64,000 bases of DNA from an uncultured delta proteobacterium (GTDB lineage Bacteria > Myxococcota_A > Polyangia > Haliangiales > Haliangiaceae). Below the pieces are notes generated by a model. The model did no database searches. It saw only the letters and a list, made by a program, of their open reading frames with translations, and was not told the origin of the DNA. Positions 13,895-24,057 of this stretch are shown in pieces (within the stretch, counting starts at the first letter, position 1; each line of letters begins with the position of its first letter). The translations under genes were made by a program, and so were the position numbers. The stretch is taken from contig CAWKDB010000010.1 of NCBI GenBank assembly GCA_963848295.1, positions 1,952,001-2,016,000 of the forward strand, read 5' to 3'.

Positions 13895-14493
13895 CCGCAC
13901 TCCTGCTCGCCGCCGGCGCAGCCGCCGATGACATCCGCGATATCCACGGGCCGATCGTCGCGCCGCCCGCGTCCGCGTGGTGGTCGTACGCGCTCGCAGG
14001 CCTCGTCGTGGTCGCGATCGCGCTCGCCGTCCGGTCCGTGATCGTCTGGCGCCGGCGCCGCGCGGTCCCCGCCGACCTTCGAGCCTTGCTCGTGCTCGAC
14101 GCCGCGCGCGAGTTGATCGAGCGCGGAGACGCGCTCGGCTTCTCGATCCGGGTATCCGCCGCCGTGCGCGGCTACGTCGAGGAAGCATTCGCGCTGCACG
14201 CCCCCCGGTTGACGACCGAGGAGCTGCTCGGCACGTTGATGACCGATCACAGCCCGGTCGCCGCGCACCGCGAGCAGCTCGGCACCTTCCTCGAGTTCTG
14301 CGACCTCGCGAAGTACGCGCGGTGGTCGCTCGCGCGCGAGGACATGACCGGGATGCTCGACAGCGCCACCGCCTTCATTCACGCGACCGCTGCCAGACCC
14401 AACCGGTCGCGGACTCGAGCCGATGCCGACGCCGACACCGACGCGGCGCCGAGTGTTCCGAGTCCGTCGAGCGCTCGAGGAGGTACACCGTGA
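13891..14493 (+). CDS. DUF4381-like single-TM protein of the Bat operon
   Basis: DIRDIHGP followed by a TM, then LTTEE and CDLAKYA; sits between DUF58 and BatA. Confidence 0.75.
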   Translation: MTALLLAAGAAADDIRDIHGPIVAPPASAWWSYALAGLVVVAIALAVRSVIVWRRRRAVPADLRALLVLDAARELIERGDALGFSIRVSAAVRGYVEEAFALHAPRLTTEELLGTLMTDHSPVAAHREQLGTFLEFCDLAKYARWSLAREDMTGMLDSATAFIHATAARPNRSRTRADADADTDAAPSVPSPSSARGGTP

Positions 14494-15488
14494 GCTCGTT
14501 CGCCTCGCCGCAATGGCTCTGGCTCCTCCTCCTGCTGCCCGTGCTCGCGATCATCCGCGCACGCCGCGGGCCGCGCGCCGCGGTGCGCTACGCCAGCACC
14601 GACCTCGTTCGCGAGGTCGGGCGCACGACGCGCAGCCGGTTCGGCCGGCTGGTGCCGTACCTCCGTTTCCCCGCGCTCGCGCTCATGATCATCGCACTGG
14701 CTCGTCCGCAGACCCGCCTGGCGCGATCGAGCGTGAAGGCGAGCGGCGTCGACATCATGCTCGCACTCGACGTCTCGGGCTCGATGGCCTCGCTCGATCT
14801 GACGCTCGATGGCAAGCCGGCCGATCGGCTGTCGGTCGTCAAGTCGGTCGTCGGCAAGTTCATCGACGACCGCCCCAACGATCGGATCGGCATGATCGCG
14901 TTCGCGGGGGCGCCGTACCTCGTCTCGCCGCTCACGCTCGATCACGACTGGCTCGATCGCAACCTCACTCGGGTCGAGCTCGGCACGATCGAAGACGGCA
15001 CCGCGATCGGCTCGGCGCTGACCTCCGCGGTCAACCGGCTGCGCACGAGCGACGCCCACACCAAGCTCGTCGTGCTGCTGACCGACGGGGTCAATAACTC
15101 GGGCAAGGTCCAGCCGCTGCTCGCGGCCGAGGCCGCGGCGGCGCTCGGCATCAAGGTCTACACGATCGGCGTCGGGACCGAAGGCAAGGCGCCGATGCCG
15201 ATCACCGACGAGCAAGGCCATCGCCACATCGTGATGACCGACGCCGATGTCGACGAGAAGACGCTCGGCGCGATCGCTACCAAGACCGGCGGCGAGTTCT
15301 TCCGCGCCACCGACACCAAATCGCTCGAGCACGTCTACGCGAAGATCGACGCGCTCGAGAAGACCACCCGCGAGGTCAGCCACTACGAGCACCACGACGA
15401 TAGGTTTGCATGGGCCCTGTTGCCGGGCCTCGCGCTCCTCGCCGCCGAGCTCGGGCTCGCAACAACCTGGCTGCGCCGGGTCCCGTAA
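14490..15488 (+). CDS. batA: BatA-like VWA domain protein
   Basis: FASPQWLWLLLL, ALARPQ, MIDAS DVSGS, GTAIG and LLTDG. Confidence 0.88.
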   Translation: MSSFASPQWLWLLLLLPVLAIIRARRGPRAAVRYASTDLVREVGRTTRSRFGRLVPYLRFPALALMIIALARPQTRLARSSVKASGVDIMLALDVSGSMASLDLTLDGKPADRLSVVKSVVGKFIDDRPNDRIGMIAFAGAPYLVSPLTLDHDWLDRNLTRVELGTIEDGTAIGSALTSAVNRLRTSDAHTKLVVLLTDGVNNSGKVQPLLAAEAAAALGIKVYTIGVGTEGKAPMPITDEQGHRHIVMTDADVDEKTLGAIATKTGGEFFRATDTKSLEHVYAKIDALEKTTREVSHYEHHDDRFAWALLPGLALLAAELGLATTWLRRVP

Positions 15489-15498
15489 GGAAACCGCC

Positions 15499-17538
15499 AT
15501 GCATTTCGCACAACCTCAATGGCTCTGGTTCGGCGCGCTAGGCTGCGCGGCACTCGCGGTGCTGTTCGTCCGCGCCGAGCGCAAGCGCCGCGCCGCCATT
15601 TCCATCTTCGCGGCAGCGAGCCCGGAGACCTCGGTCGCGACGTCGCGCCGGTGGCTGCGCAACGGGCTCGCGCTGCTCGGCGTCGCGATGACATGCGTCG
15701 CGCTCGCTCGGCCGCTCGCAGGCTATCGCTGGGAGCAGACGCCGCATCAAGGCGTCGACCTGATGTTCGCGATCGATACGTCGAAGAGCATGCGCGCTGC
15801 CGACATCCGGCCCGATCGGCTCACCCGCGCCAAGCTCGCGGTCGCCGACCTCGTGCGCAAGTTCGACGGCGAGCGCGTCGGGCTGATCGCGTTCGCGGGC
15901 GACGCGTTCGTCCAGGCCCCGATGACCGTCGATCGCGACGTGTTTCTCGAGTCGCTCGACGCGCTCGATACCGACGTGATCCCGAAGGGCGGCACCGACA
16001 TCGCGTCGGCGATTCGCGCGGCCGATCAAGCGATGGCGAGCGAGCCAGATCACAAGAAGGTGCTCGTGCTCGTCAGCGACGGCGAAGATCTCGACGGCGA
16101 TGCCCTCGCCGCCGCCCGAAACGCCGGTCAACAGGGGCTGACGATCTTCACGGTCGGCGTCGGCAGCCAGCAAGGCGAGCTGATCGAGATCGCGAATGCG
16201 GCCGGCGTCAAGGAGCTCGTGCGTGACGAAAACGGTCAGCCGGTGCGCTCGCGGCTCGACGAGCCGATGATGCGCAGCCTCGCGCAGGTGACCGGCGGTG
16301 CCTACGCGCCGCTCGGCGCCGACGGTCGTGGCCTCGACGAGCTCTACGGGCGCGTGAAGGCGAAGTTGCCGCACAGCACCTCGGCTGGAACCGCGCGCAA
16401 GGTCTACACCGAGCGCTACCAGATTCCGCTCGCGATCGCGATCGGCTGTCTGATGTTCGAGCTCGCGCTCGGCGATCGGCGCCGGCGATCGCGAGCGATT
16501 CGCGCGGCGGCGGCGGCTGCCGCGATCGGCCTGGTCGTATTTCCGCGCCTCGCTGCTGCCGCGCCCGCACCCGGCGCAGTCGCCTCGTACAATGCCGGCA
16601 CCGCGACCTACCGCAAGGGCGACTTCGCGGCGGCGCAACAGGCGTTCGAGGCGGCGCTCCACACCGGTGACGTGCACCTGCAGACCGACGCCTACTACGA
16701 TCTCGGTAACGCGCGCTATCGCGGCGGCCAGGCGACGCTCGCGAAGGATCGCGACGCGACGATCGCGAGTTGGAAACAGGCGCTCGCCGCGTACGACACC
16801 GCACTCGGCGTGACCCCCGGCGACCCCGACACGAAGTTCAATCGCGACTTCGTCGCTCGCAAGCTCGCCGCGCTCGAGCAACAAAAAAAGCAGGACGAAG
16901 ACAAGAAGCAGCAACAGTCCAAAGACCAGCAAGCCAAGCAGCCCAAGGATCAGCAGGCCAAGAACCAAAAGGGTCAGGGCAAGCAGTCGAAGGACCAGCA
17001 GGGCAAGGGCAACCAGTCGAAGGACCAGCAAGGCCAGGGTCAACAAGCCAAGAATCAGCAAGGCAAGGGCAACCAGTCGAAGGACCAGCAAGGCCAGGGT
17101 CAACAAGCCAAGAATCAGCAAGGCCAGGGCAACCAGTCGAAGGGCCAGCAAGGCCAGGGGCAGCAAGCCAAAGATCAGCAAGGCCAGGGTCAACAACCCA
17201 GGGACCAGCAAGGCCAGGGTCAACAAGCCAAAGATCAGCAAGGCCAGGGCAAGCAAGCCAAGAATCAACCCGCGCATGACGCGCCCGACGCAAGCGAGCA
17301 CGCGGATCACGCGCCGAAGCCGACGCCGGCCGCGGCGGCAGCGGCTGCCGCACGACAAGCCGCCCAACAAGCCGCCGCCGCACAAGCCGCCGCCGACGCG
17401 AAGCGCCGAGCGGCCGGTGAGCTCACCCACGGCGAAGCGGTGCAGCTGCTCGACTCGGTCGAGAGCGAGCTCAAACCGATGCCGATCCACGGACGCGCCG
17501 GCGGCCGTCCCGAACAGACCAAGATCAAGGACTGGTGA
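15499..17538 (+). CDS. batB: BatB-like VWA domain fused to BatC-like TPR domain, with Gln-rich repeat tail
   Basis: DTSKS, FAGDAFVQAP, SDGED; TPR YDLGNARYR; ends in the BatC-type KDW. Confidence 0.85.
   Translation: MHFAQPQWLWFGALGCAALAVLFVRAERKRRAAISIFAAASPETSVATSRRWLRNGLALLGVAMTCVALARPLAGYRWEQTPHQGVDLMFAIDTSKSMRAADIRPDRLTRAKLAVADLVRKFDGERVGLIAFAGDAFVQAPMTVDRDVFLESLDALDTDVIPKGGTDIASAIRAADQAMASEPDHKKVLVLVSDGEDLDGDALAAARNAGQQGLTIFTVGVGSQQGELIEIANAAGVKELVRDENGQPVRSRLDEPMMRSLAQVTGGAYAPLGADGRGLDELYGRVKAKLPHSTSAGTARKVYTERYQIPLAIAIGCLMFELALGDRRRRSRAIRAAAAAAAIGLVVFPRLAAAAPAPGAVASYNAGTATYRKGDFAAAQQAFEAALHTGDVHLQTDAYYDLGNARYRGGQATLAKDRDATIASWKQALAAYDTALGVTPGDPDTKFNRDFVARKLAALEQQKKQDEDKKQQQSKDQQAKQPKDQQAKNQKGQGKQSKDQQGKGNQSKDQQGQGQQAKNQQGKGNQSKDQQGQGQQAKNQQGQGNQSKGQQGQGQQAKDQQGQGQQPRDQQGQGQQAKDQQGQGKQAKNQPAHDAPDASEHADHAPKPTPAAAAAAAARQAAQQAAAAQAAADAKRRAAGELTHGEAVQLLDSVESELKPMPIHGRAGGRPEQTKIKDW
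16951..17268 (+). repeat. 30-bp coding tandem repeat, 10 full units plus a partial one (x-Q-[AS]-K-[DN]-Q-Q-G-[QK]-G)
   Basis: Units start at 16951, 16981, ... 17221, e.g. aaccagtcgaaggaccagcaaggccagggt. Confidence 0.95.
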
Positions 17539-19400
17539 TGACCATGAAACGCACAACCGCGATCGCGTTGCTGCTCGGGCTCGTCCCGGCCAGCGCATTC
17601 GCCGCCGCCCACGCGACGTTGCGACCAGGCCCCCAGCTCGCCGTCGGCTCACCCGCCGAGCTCTCGATCACGATCGATGGTGACGCACAGCCGCCGGCGC
17701 CACCGCGCGTCGACGGCGCCTCGATCCAGCTCACCGGCCAGATGTCGCAGACCCGGATGACCAACGGCCAGGCGACGCAACAGATGACCTACGTCTATAC
17801 GGTCGTCCCGACTCGGACCGGCCCGCTCGACATTCCGGCGATCACGGTCACGACACCGACCGGAGCAGAGTCGACCGAGCCGGTTCACGCGACCGTGACG
17901 GACTCGCCGGTCGCGCCGAGCCAAGCGGCCGCAGCGCCAGCCGCCACCGCCGATCGCGCGGTCGGGCTCGAGCCGGCGCACGCGTTCGTCACGCTCGACG
18001 TCCCGGCGAAGTCGTTGGTCGTCGGTCAGGCCATTCCGATCAAGATCCGCGCGTACTTTCGCGGCGGCACGTCGGCGACGCTGCAGGGTCTTCCACACGT
18101 CACGTCCGATGCATTCACGCTGTCCGAGCTGTCCGACAAGCCCGCGCAGGCGCAGCTCGAGATCCGCGGCGAGCCGTACCTCCAGGCGACCTGGACCGCG
18201 GTGCTATCTCCGGCCAAGCCGAGCAATGGCAAGCTCGGAGTCGAGCTACCGGTCGAGCTGGCGTACCGCGCGGCGGCACGCCCGGCGCAACATCGCTCGT
18301 TGCGCGACGTGTTCGGCGCCGATCCGTTCGGCGACTCGTTCGCCGACCCGTTCGGAGGCAGCGATCCCTTTGCCGGGATGGGCGATCCGTTCGGCGACAT
18401 GGACACGATGTTCGACATCGGCCCGATGCAGCAGTATCAGACCACGCTGCGCGCGACCGCCGGCACGATCGTCGTCACCGATCTCCCGGCCGCAGGCCGA
18501 CCCGCGAGCTTTACCGGCGCGGTCGGCCACTTCGACGTCGCGCTCGATCCGATCGCCGGCGAGCCGCGGGTCGGCGAGCCGCTGACGCTGTCGATCCGCG
18601 TGACCGGCACCGGCAACTTCGACCGCGTCGAGATGACCGGTGCCGCCGACGCCGGCGATCTCAAGACCTACTCGATCAAGAGCGCGTTCACGCCGTCGGC
18701 GACGAGCACGCTCACCGGCACCAAGACGTTCACCCAGACGGTCGTCCCGACGCGCGCCGGCGACCTGACGATCCCCGCGCTCGCCCTCGCCTACTTCGAT
18801 CCAGCCAAGCACGCCTACGTCACGGCCGAGACCAAGCCGGTGACGCTACCGATCGCGGCGGCTCGCGGCGGCGGTTCGTCCGATCCGGGACTCGCGGCAT
18901 CGGTCCGCGATCCGGCGATGGTCCCCAATCGGATCGATGCCGGCGGCACCCGCGCCACGCTGCTGCCGCTGATCCGGCAATCGCGACTGTGGATGGCGCT
19001 CGCCGGCCTCGTCGCGCTGACCGCGCTGGTCGTCGTCGCAGCGTGGTCGCGCAAGAGCCCGCGGATCGCAAACGTCCTCCGATCGCGGCGCATCGATCGC
19101 GCGATCACGCGCGCGTCGGCCGATATGGACCGCGCCGCGCGCGCCAACGACCGGCCCGCGTTCTTCAGCGCCGCGCGGACCGCACTCCAGACTCGGCTCG
19201 CGGCGAGCTGGGACACGACCCCCGAAGCGATCACCGCCCACGACGTGGCGACTCGGCTCGGCGATCGCGGTGCATCGATCTGCTCGGTGTTCGAGCAGGC
19301 CGACGGCGTGACCTACGGCGGTGCGATCACGCCCGAGCCGCTCGAGCACTGGCATCACGTCGTTCGCGCCGAGCTCGCGAACTGGAAGGCCGCGTCATGA
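17538..19400 (+). CDS. batD: BatD family protein
   Basis: Signal peptide, repeated Ig-like units, PASFTGAVGHF, YFDP, C-terminal TM. Confidence 0.85.
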   Translation: MTMKRTTAIALLLGLVPASAFAAAHATLRPGPQLAVGSPAELSITIDGDAQPPAPPRVDGASIQLTGQMSQTRMTNGQATQQMTYVYTVVPTRTGPLDIPAITVTTPTGAESTEPVHATVTDSPVAPSQAAAAPAATADRAVGLEPAHAFVTLDVPAKSLVVGQAIPIKIRAYFRGGTSATLQGLPHVTSDAFTLSELSDKPAQAQLEIRGEPYLQATWTAVLSPAKPSNGKLGVELPVELAYRAAARPAQHRSLRDVFGADPFGDSFADPFGGSDPFAGMGDPFGDMDTMFDIGPMQQYQTTLRATAGTIVVTDLPAAGRPASFTGAVGHFDVALDPIAGEPRVGEPLTLSIRVTGTGNFDRVEMTGAADAGDLKTYSIKSAFTPSATSTLTGTKTFTQTVVPTRAGDLTIPALALAYFDPAKHAYVTAETKPVTLPIAAARGGGSSDPGLAASVRDPAMVPNRIDAGGTRATLLPLIRQSRLWMALAGLVALTALVVVAAWSRKSPRIANVLRSRRIDRAITRASADMDRAARANDRPAFFSAARTALQTRLAASWDTTPEAITAHDVATRLGDRGASICSVFEQADGVTYGGAITPEPLEHWHHVVRAELANWKAAS

Positions 19401-20143
19401 CCCGCAAGCCCTATGTCCTCGCATCCATCCTCGCTGCAGCTCTCGCTGGCTCGGCCGGCGCAGCCCCGGAGCCGTTCGTCGCGGGCAACGCGGCGGCGAC
19501 CACCGGCGATCATGCCGCGGCCGCGATCGCATTCGAGCACGCGCTCGAGACTCACGGGTGGTCCGCGGGAACGCTGTTCGATCTCGGCAACGCCTACGCG
19601 AGCAGCGGTCGGCCTGGGTCGGCGATCCTGGCGTACGAGCGCGCGCAACTGCTCGCGCCACGTGACCACGCGATCCGCGCGAACCTCGAGCACGTCCGAG
19701 AGACCGCCGGCGTGACCGTCGCGGCGCCATCCCCGATCCGAGCCGCGCTCGCAACGCTGAGCTCTGACGAATGGACCTGGGTCGCGATCGCCGCCGCGAT
19801 CCTCGCCTGCGCGAGTGTGGCGGCATTCGCGTGGTCGCTCCGTACGCGCGCTGCCCGCGCCCTCGCCATCGCGAGTGTGGTGGCAGGCGCGTTCGCGATG
19901 ACCGCGGCCAGCGCCGTCGCGCCCGGGGAAGACGACGCGGTCATCGTCCATGGCGACACCGCGCGGATCGCGCCGACCGCCGCCGCCGAAGCCGCGTTCA
20001 CCGCACCCGAGGGCGAGAACGTGCGGATCGAGCAACACCGTGGCGATTTTGTCTATGTCCGCGACGGCGACCGCTCGGGCTGGCTGCCGGCCAGCGCGGT
20101 CGAACGCGTCATCGCCACCGATCGACACGCCGCGCACACTTGA
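19397..20143 (+). CDS. batE: BatE-like TPR plus SH3b protein
   Basis: FDLGNAY..AILAYERA..PRD..NL; C-terminal EGENVRI..SGWLP. Confidence 0.8.
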   Translation: MTRKPYVLASILAAALAGSAGAAPEPFVAGNAAATTGDHAAAAIAFEHALETHGWSAGTLFDLGNAYASSGRPGSAILAYERAQLLAPRDHAIRANLEHVRETAGVTVAAPSPIRAALATLSSDEWTWVAIAAAILACASVAAFAWSLRTRAARALAIASVVAGAFAMTAASAVAPGEDDAVIVHGDTARIAPTAAAEAAFTAPEGENVRIEQHRGDFVYVRDGDRSGWLPASAVERVIATDRHAAHT

Positions 20144-20173
20144 ACCGCGCGCTCGACCGAGGTGTCATGACTC

Positions 20174-20854
20174 ATGCGGTTGGCCCTGGTCGAAGACGAC
20201 GAACGGATCGGCGAGTTCGTCTACAAGGGACTGACTCAGGACGGCCACATCGTCGACTGGACGCGAACCGGTATCGACGGCCTCTCGCAGCTGACGACGA
20301 CGACCTACGACGCGGCGGTGATCGACGTCATGCTGCCCGCGAAGAGCGGGCTCGACGTGATCCGCGCGGTGCGCAAGCACAAGCTGACGACCCCGATCAT
20401 CATCCTGTCCGCGCGCGACTCGGTCGATGACCGGATCGCCGGGCTCGAAGCCGGCGCCGATGATTACCTGACCAAACCGTTCTCGTTCGCCGAGCTCGTC
20501 GCGCGCATCCACGCGCTCGTGCGTCGCGCGACCACGAGCCCGAGCTCGTTCGTGCTGACCTACTCCGATGTCGCGCTCGATCTGCGCACGCGGCGGGTCG
20601 AGCGCGGCGGCAAGCAGATTCATCTCCAAGCCAAGGAGTTCGTGTTGCTCGAGTACCTGATGCGCAACCCGGAGCGCGTGCTCAGCAAGACGATGATCCT
20701 CGAGCACGTCTGGGAGTACGGGTTCGATCCGCAGACCAACGTGGTCGACGTCCTGATCAGCCGCCTGCGCGCGAAGCTCGACCGCGAGTTTGCAACCAAG
20801 CTGATCCACACCCTGCGAGGAGCCGGTTATGTCCTCCGATCCGAAGCCGAGTGA
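20174..20854 (+). CDS. OmpR family response regulator
   Basis: LVEDD, DVMLP, GADDYLTKPF and IHTLRGAGY. Confidence 0.95.
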   Translation: MRLALVEDDERIGEFVYKGLTQDGHIVDWTRTGIDGLSQLTTTTYDAAVIDVMLPAKSGLDVIRAVRKHKLTTPIIILSARDSVDDRIAGLEAGADDYLTKPFSFAELVARIHALVRRATTSPSSFVLTYSDVALDLRTRRVERGGKQIHLQAKEFVLLEYLMRNPERVLSKTMILEHVWEYGFDPQTNVVDVLISRLRAKLDREFATKLIHTLRGAGYVLRSEAE

Positions 20855-22169
20855 TCCACCGCGGCGCAGGCCGTTTCAGTCGCTCGCGTTTCGGATCAAC
20901 GCCTGGTACGTGGTCGCGTTCGTGGCAAGCCTGGCGGCGCTCGTCGCGTTCGCCGTCCCGACCGTGCGCGCCGCCTTCGATCGCGCCGATACCGTCGTGC
21001 TCGACGACCGCGTCGATCGCCACATCGCGGTGCTCGCGACCGGCCTGCCGCAATATCGCGCCGCGGTCGAACATTCGCTCGCGCTCGGCAACCCCGAAGC
21101 TCCGGTCCGAGTTCGCGACGCCAAGGGAGGGACGGTCTACGAGCACGGCGATCTCAGCTCCTCGCGGCTCACCGTCGAGCGCGACACCGGCGACCTGCGG
21201 CTCGAGCTCGGTGCGCCGGCGGTTCCATGGCGGACCGTGCTCGACGAGTTGCGCTCAGGTGCGCTGGTCCTCGGTCTCTGCGCGCTCGCGCTCGCGGTGC
21301 TCGGCGGCTACCTGCTGACGAGGCGCGGTCTCCGGCCGGTGCGCGAGCTCGCCGCGGCAGCGCACGACGTGATCCGATCCGGCGATCTATCGCGCCGTGT
21401 TCCCGAGCGCGGCAGCGCCGACGATCTCGATCAGCTCTCGACCCTGTTCAACCGGATGCTCGAGCGCAACCTGACGCTGGTCACCGGCATGCGCGATTCG
21501 CTCGACAACGTCGCGCACGATCTGCGAACCCCGCTGACCCGGCTGAGAGGGACCGCCGAGGTCGCGCTGCGAACCGACGACGTCACGGCCAGTCGCGATG
21601 CGCTCGCGGTCTGCATCGAGGAGTCGGATCATCTGCTGACCGCGCTGCGTTCGCTGATGGACATCTCCGAGGCCGAGACCGGCATCATGAAGCTCGATCG
21701 CGCGCCGGTGTCACTCGACCAGCTCGCCGGTGATGTCCTCGAGCTGTACGAGAACGTCGCCGAGGACGCCGGCGTCGGGTTCACGATGACTCGCGACGCG
21801 CGCGCGATCGCGATGGCCGACGCGACGCGCATCCGGCAAGCGATCGCGAATCTCGTGGACAACGCGATCAAGTACACGCCACGCGGTGGCGCGGTGGCAC
21901 TCGAGGTCGATCACACCGAGTCGCACGCGCTCGTCCGCGTGCGCGATACCGGCGAGGGCATCGCCGCCGAGGCATTACCGCGGATCTGGGATCGCCTCTA
22001 TCGCGCCGAGCCTAGTCGTTCGAAGCCCGGGCTCGGGCTCGGGCTCAGCATGGTCAAGGCGATCGTCGCCGCACACAATGGTACGGTCACGGTCGACACC
22101 GCGCCCGGTCGTGGCTCGACGTTCACGTTGTCGCTGCCACTCACCGAACCGAAAGGACTACTCCGATGA
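20829..22169 (+). CDS. HAMP-domain sensor histidine kinase
   Basis: AHDLRTPL, NLVDNAIKY, DTGEGI and GLGLGL. Confidence 0.95.
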   Translation: MSSDPKPSDPPRRRPFQSLAFRINAWYVVAFVASLAALVAFAVPTVRAAFDRADTVVLDDRVDRHIAVLATGLPQYRAAVEHSLALGNPEAPVRVRDAKGGTVYEHGDLSSSRLTVERDTGDLRLELGAPAVPWRTVLDELRSGALVLGLCALALAVLGGYLLTRRGLRPVRELAAAAHDVIRSGDLSRRVPERGSADDLDQLSTLFNRMLERNLTLVTGMRDSLDNVAHDLRTPLTRLRGTAEVALRTDDVTASRDALAVCIEESDHLLTALRSLMDISEAETGIMKLDRAPVSLDQLAGDVLELYENVAEDAGVGFTMTRDARAIAMADATRIRQAIANLVDNAIKYTPRGGAVALEVDHTESHALVRVRDTGEGIAAEALPRIWDRLYRAEPSRSKPGLGLGLSMVKAIVAAHNGTVTVDTAPGRGSTFTLSLPLTEPKGLLR

Positions 22170-22230
22170 TGAAACGAGTCACGAAGCTCTTGCCGGGCAA
22201 CCCCGGTCTCGTCGCATGGACGGGATCCCG

Positions 22231-22695
22231 ATGACGACGGCGCCGCGAGCACGCGAGATCCATCGCATCCTGGTGCCGATGGTCGGCGTCCCGAGCGAGC
22301 AAGCCGCGATCGACTACGCCACCGTCCTGGCTCTGGCGCTACATGCGTCGATCACGTTGGCTCATGTCGACGAGACCTCCAACGCGATGGTCGGCATCGT
22401 CCCGGGCGCGAGCATCGAGGGTGACCTCGCAGCCGAGCGAGCCATGTCGACGGCACGGCTCGACGAGGTCGTACGGGTCCTTGCCCAGAAGGGCGTGATC
22501 GACGCGAAGACGACCTACGTGGTCTCGCCGTCGGTAGCGTCCGCGCTCGTCGAGCTCGCGCGCCGGGACCAGTTCGATCTCATCGTGATGGCGACGCATG
22601 CTCGCACCGGCATCTCGCGCGCCATCCTCGGCAGCGTGGCCGAGCAGGTGGTTCGTCACGCACCGTGTCCGGTGATGACCGTGCACTCGTCGTGA
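22231..22695 (+). CDS. Universal stress protein
   Basis: RILVP..DLIVMATH..LGSVAEQVVRHAPCPV. Confidence 0.9.
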   Translation: MTTAPRAREIHRILVPMVGVPSEQAAIDYATVLALALHASITLAHVDETSNAMVGIVPGASIEGDLAAERAMSTARLDEVVRVLAQKGVIDAKTTYVVSPSVASALVELARRDQFDLIVMATHARTGISRAILGSVAEQVVRHAPCPVMTVHSS

Positions 22696-22708
22696 CGACC
22701 GGGCCGGG

Positions 22709-24013
22709 TCAATGCCCACCGGCGAGCGTGGGGACCGCTCTCTTTCCGGCTTCCCCGCTGCGCACGAGCGTGATCCGCAGCATCACGGGTGCGATCAGCT
22801 GATTGATCCCGACGACGCTGAGCAGCAACACGGCAGCCTGCGGCCCGAAGGTGGGGAAGTTCTTCTGGATCACCACCACCAATGCGAGGGACAAGCCCGC
22901 TTGCGGGACGAGCCCGGTCCAGCCGTATTTCGAGATCACCGGATCCGCATACGTGCGCGCGCATGCGGCGCGGCAGCCGTAGTAGAAGACGGCCGCGCGC
23001 GTGATCGCGATCAGCGCGACCGGGATGATCATCGATCCGAGCTGGTCGATGTTCAGCTTGCTCCCGGCGAGCGCAAAGAACACGAGGAACACGGGGAGCT
23101 CCGCGGACTCGAAGCCATGCAACAGCTTCGACGGGTCGCCGCGAGAGAAGTTCTCGAGCCAGACGCCGGCGGCGAGCATCACCACCATCGGATCGAGGCC
23201 GACGCGCCCGCCGATCTCGGCCACGATCACGCACACGAGCAGCGCGAACATCACCGCGCCGCTCTTGACATGGCGTACGAACAGGCCGAGCAACACTCCG
23301 ACGACGACACCGAACGCCATCGACCCGAACAGCTCCCAGCCGACATCGAGCACGGTATCGCGGAGATCGATATTGCCTCCGATCACGCCTCCGGTGACCG
23401 CGGCCACGATCGAGTAGACGACCACCACGACGAGGTCGGCGACGACGACGGTCGCGAGCACGAGCCGACTCAGCGGACCATCCGCGCGGGTCTCGGACAG
23501 CAAGGCCATCACGACCGCGGGCGATTGCGCGGACAGCGCGACGCCGATCAGTCCACACACGGCGAAGCTCTGGAGGGTGGACAACGAATCGAACACCGGC
23601 AGGAACGGCCGCATGACGAACAGCAATGCGGTGAGCGCCAACATCGCTCCGAACACGGCGAACACCGTGACCGCGCGTAGCGTCGGCATGAGCGGCCGCA
23701 CGCGCTTGAGGTTGAGCTCGCCGCCCGCCGTGAGGCCGAGGATGCAGGTGGCGACGTCGTTGACGACCTTGAGCGCGCTCGTCATACCGTCGGTCACGAG
23801 CCCGAACACGAACGGGCCGGACACGACGCCGGCGATCAAATAGCCGGTCAGCTTCGGCAAGCCGAGCCGGCTGATGACGCGCCCGCCGAGGTACGAGACC
23901 AGGAGCAGATAGCCGAACGCGAGCTCCGAGCCACCGTTCGTGGCGCTCATCGTGAAGCTGCCGACGGCACGCATCAGGCCGGCGACCGCGAGGACCAAGA
24001 GCAGCTCGATCAC
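22709..24013 (-). CDS. Cation:proton antiporter family membrane protein
   Basis: LPKLTGYLIAG, GGEL, SPAVV, VFFALAG, PQAGL; multi-TM; start uncertain. Confidence 0.8.
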   Translation of the reverse strand: MIELLLVLAVAGLMRAVGSFTMSATNGGSELAFGYLLLVSYLGGRVISRLGLPKLTGYLIAGVVSGPFVFGLVTDGMTSALKVVNDVATCILGLTAGGELNLKRVRPLMPTLRAVTVFAVFGAMLALTALLFVMRPFLPVFDSLSTLQSFAVCGLIGVALSAQSPAVVMALLSETRADGPLSRLVLATVVVADLVVVVVYSIVAAVTGGVIGGNIDLRDTVLDVGWELFGSMAFGVVVGVLLGLFVRHVKSGAVMFALLVCVIVAEIGGRVGLDPMVVMLAAGVWLENFSRGDPSKLLHGFESAELPVFLVFFALAGSKLNIDQLGSMIIPVALIAITRAAVFYYGCRAACARTYADPVISKYGWTGLVPQAGLSLALVVVIQKNFPTFGPQAAVLLLSVVGINQLIAPVMLRITLVRSGEAGKRAVPTLAGGH

Positions 24014-24057
24014 GGGTCTCTCGTTTGTACACCAGCGGTCGGAGGTATTGTCGCCGA

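Noticed and set aside
16951..17268. 30-bp repeat as a CRISPR-like array
   Set aside because: No unique spacers; it is an in-frame coding repeat.
18310..18420. DPFG repeats in BatD
   Set aside because: Asp/Phe-rich low-complexity loops are usual in BatD proteins.
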